Below are positions 63,491 to 64,000 of a stretch of DNA of 64,000 nucleotides, in pieces. The notes below the pieces were generated by a model that made no database searches, was not told the origin of the DNA, and was given only the letters and a program-made list of their open reading frames with translations. A program made the translations under genes and the position numbers. How positions within the stretch are numbered: position 1 is the first letter of the stretch; every line of letters begins with the position of its first letter. Origin of the DNA: Camelus dromedarius (Eukaryota); the NCBI RefSeq assembly GCF_036321535.1, contig NC_087437.1:107758001-107822000 (forward strand), read 5' to 3'.

Positions 63491-64000
63491 TAAATGTCAA
63501 AATAAACATTAGATGAAACACACACTTGAAAACTCTTCAAGTGCTAATACAAGTCAGTAAACCGCAGTGAAATTATGAATCTTGTGGTTAGATTTGCCAT
63601 GTTATTGCTTGTTTGAAATTATTAAGAGAACAAATTAAAACTAAAATGGACACTTGGGACTCATATTTTCAGTAATAATTTTATTTTAGGATAAGACCTA
63701 TCCACAAATAGGCATTTTCTTTAACATTCTCTATGGTAATTATGTTAGATTATGGTATTCTTGCTTTGGCCCATTCAAAACTGTACATTTCAAATTGTGG
63801 AATAATGGAAGCTAGTTACCCTGAGAAACTTAGTTTATGTGTCACAGCTGTAGTAGGAAAGTAAGTCAAACCTGGTAAAAATGCATAGATTTTTATATTT
63901 ATTATACAAATGTATACATACAATTTATATATGAACATATACTTATGTATATAAAATTAAACTATACATTAGTTTATTAATATAGTATGATATAAAGTAA

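Overview
This is AT-rich mammalian genomic DNA, most likely from a camelid (alpaca, llama or camel), because it carries two copies of a tRNA-derived Vic-1-like SINE. I found no recognisable intact protein-coding gene, rRNA, tRNA or CRISPR array; the window reads as intergenic or deep-intronic. Roughly half of it is decayed transposable elements: L1/HAL1, L2, MIR, MaLR (MLT1) and ERV1/ERVL LTRs, Tigger1, MER58A, MER20 and MER5. Nearly all ORF-track entries are chance ORFs or TE remnants. The most unusual item is a ~490-bp non-repeat insert inside an MLT1D-like LTR (33521-34013). It is flanked by a ~26-bp duplication and carries a once-interrupted ~107-codon reading frame followed by AATAAA. Also notable: a four-layer TE nest in Tigger1 with an apparent L1-associated deletion, a promoter/first-exon-like signal at the left edge, a perfect 16-bp inverted repeat, and a spaced ~85-bp direct repeat. 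Repeat subfamily names come from recalled consensus sequences, not from a search, and most boundaries are approximate. I cannot support a claim of a new biological system here.
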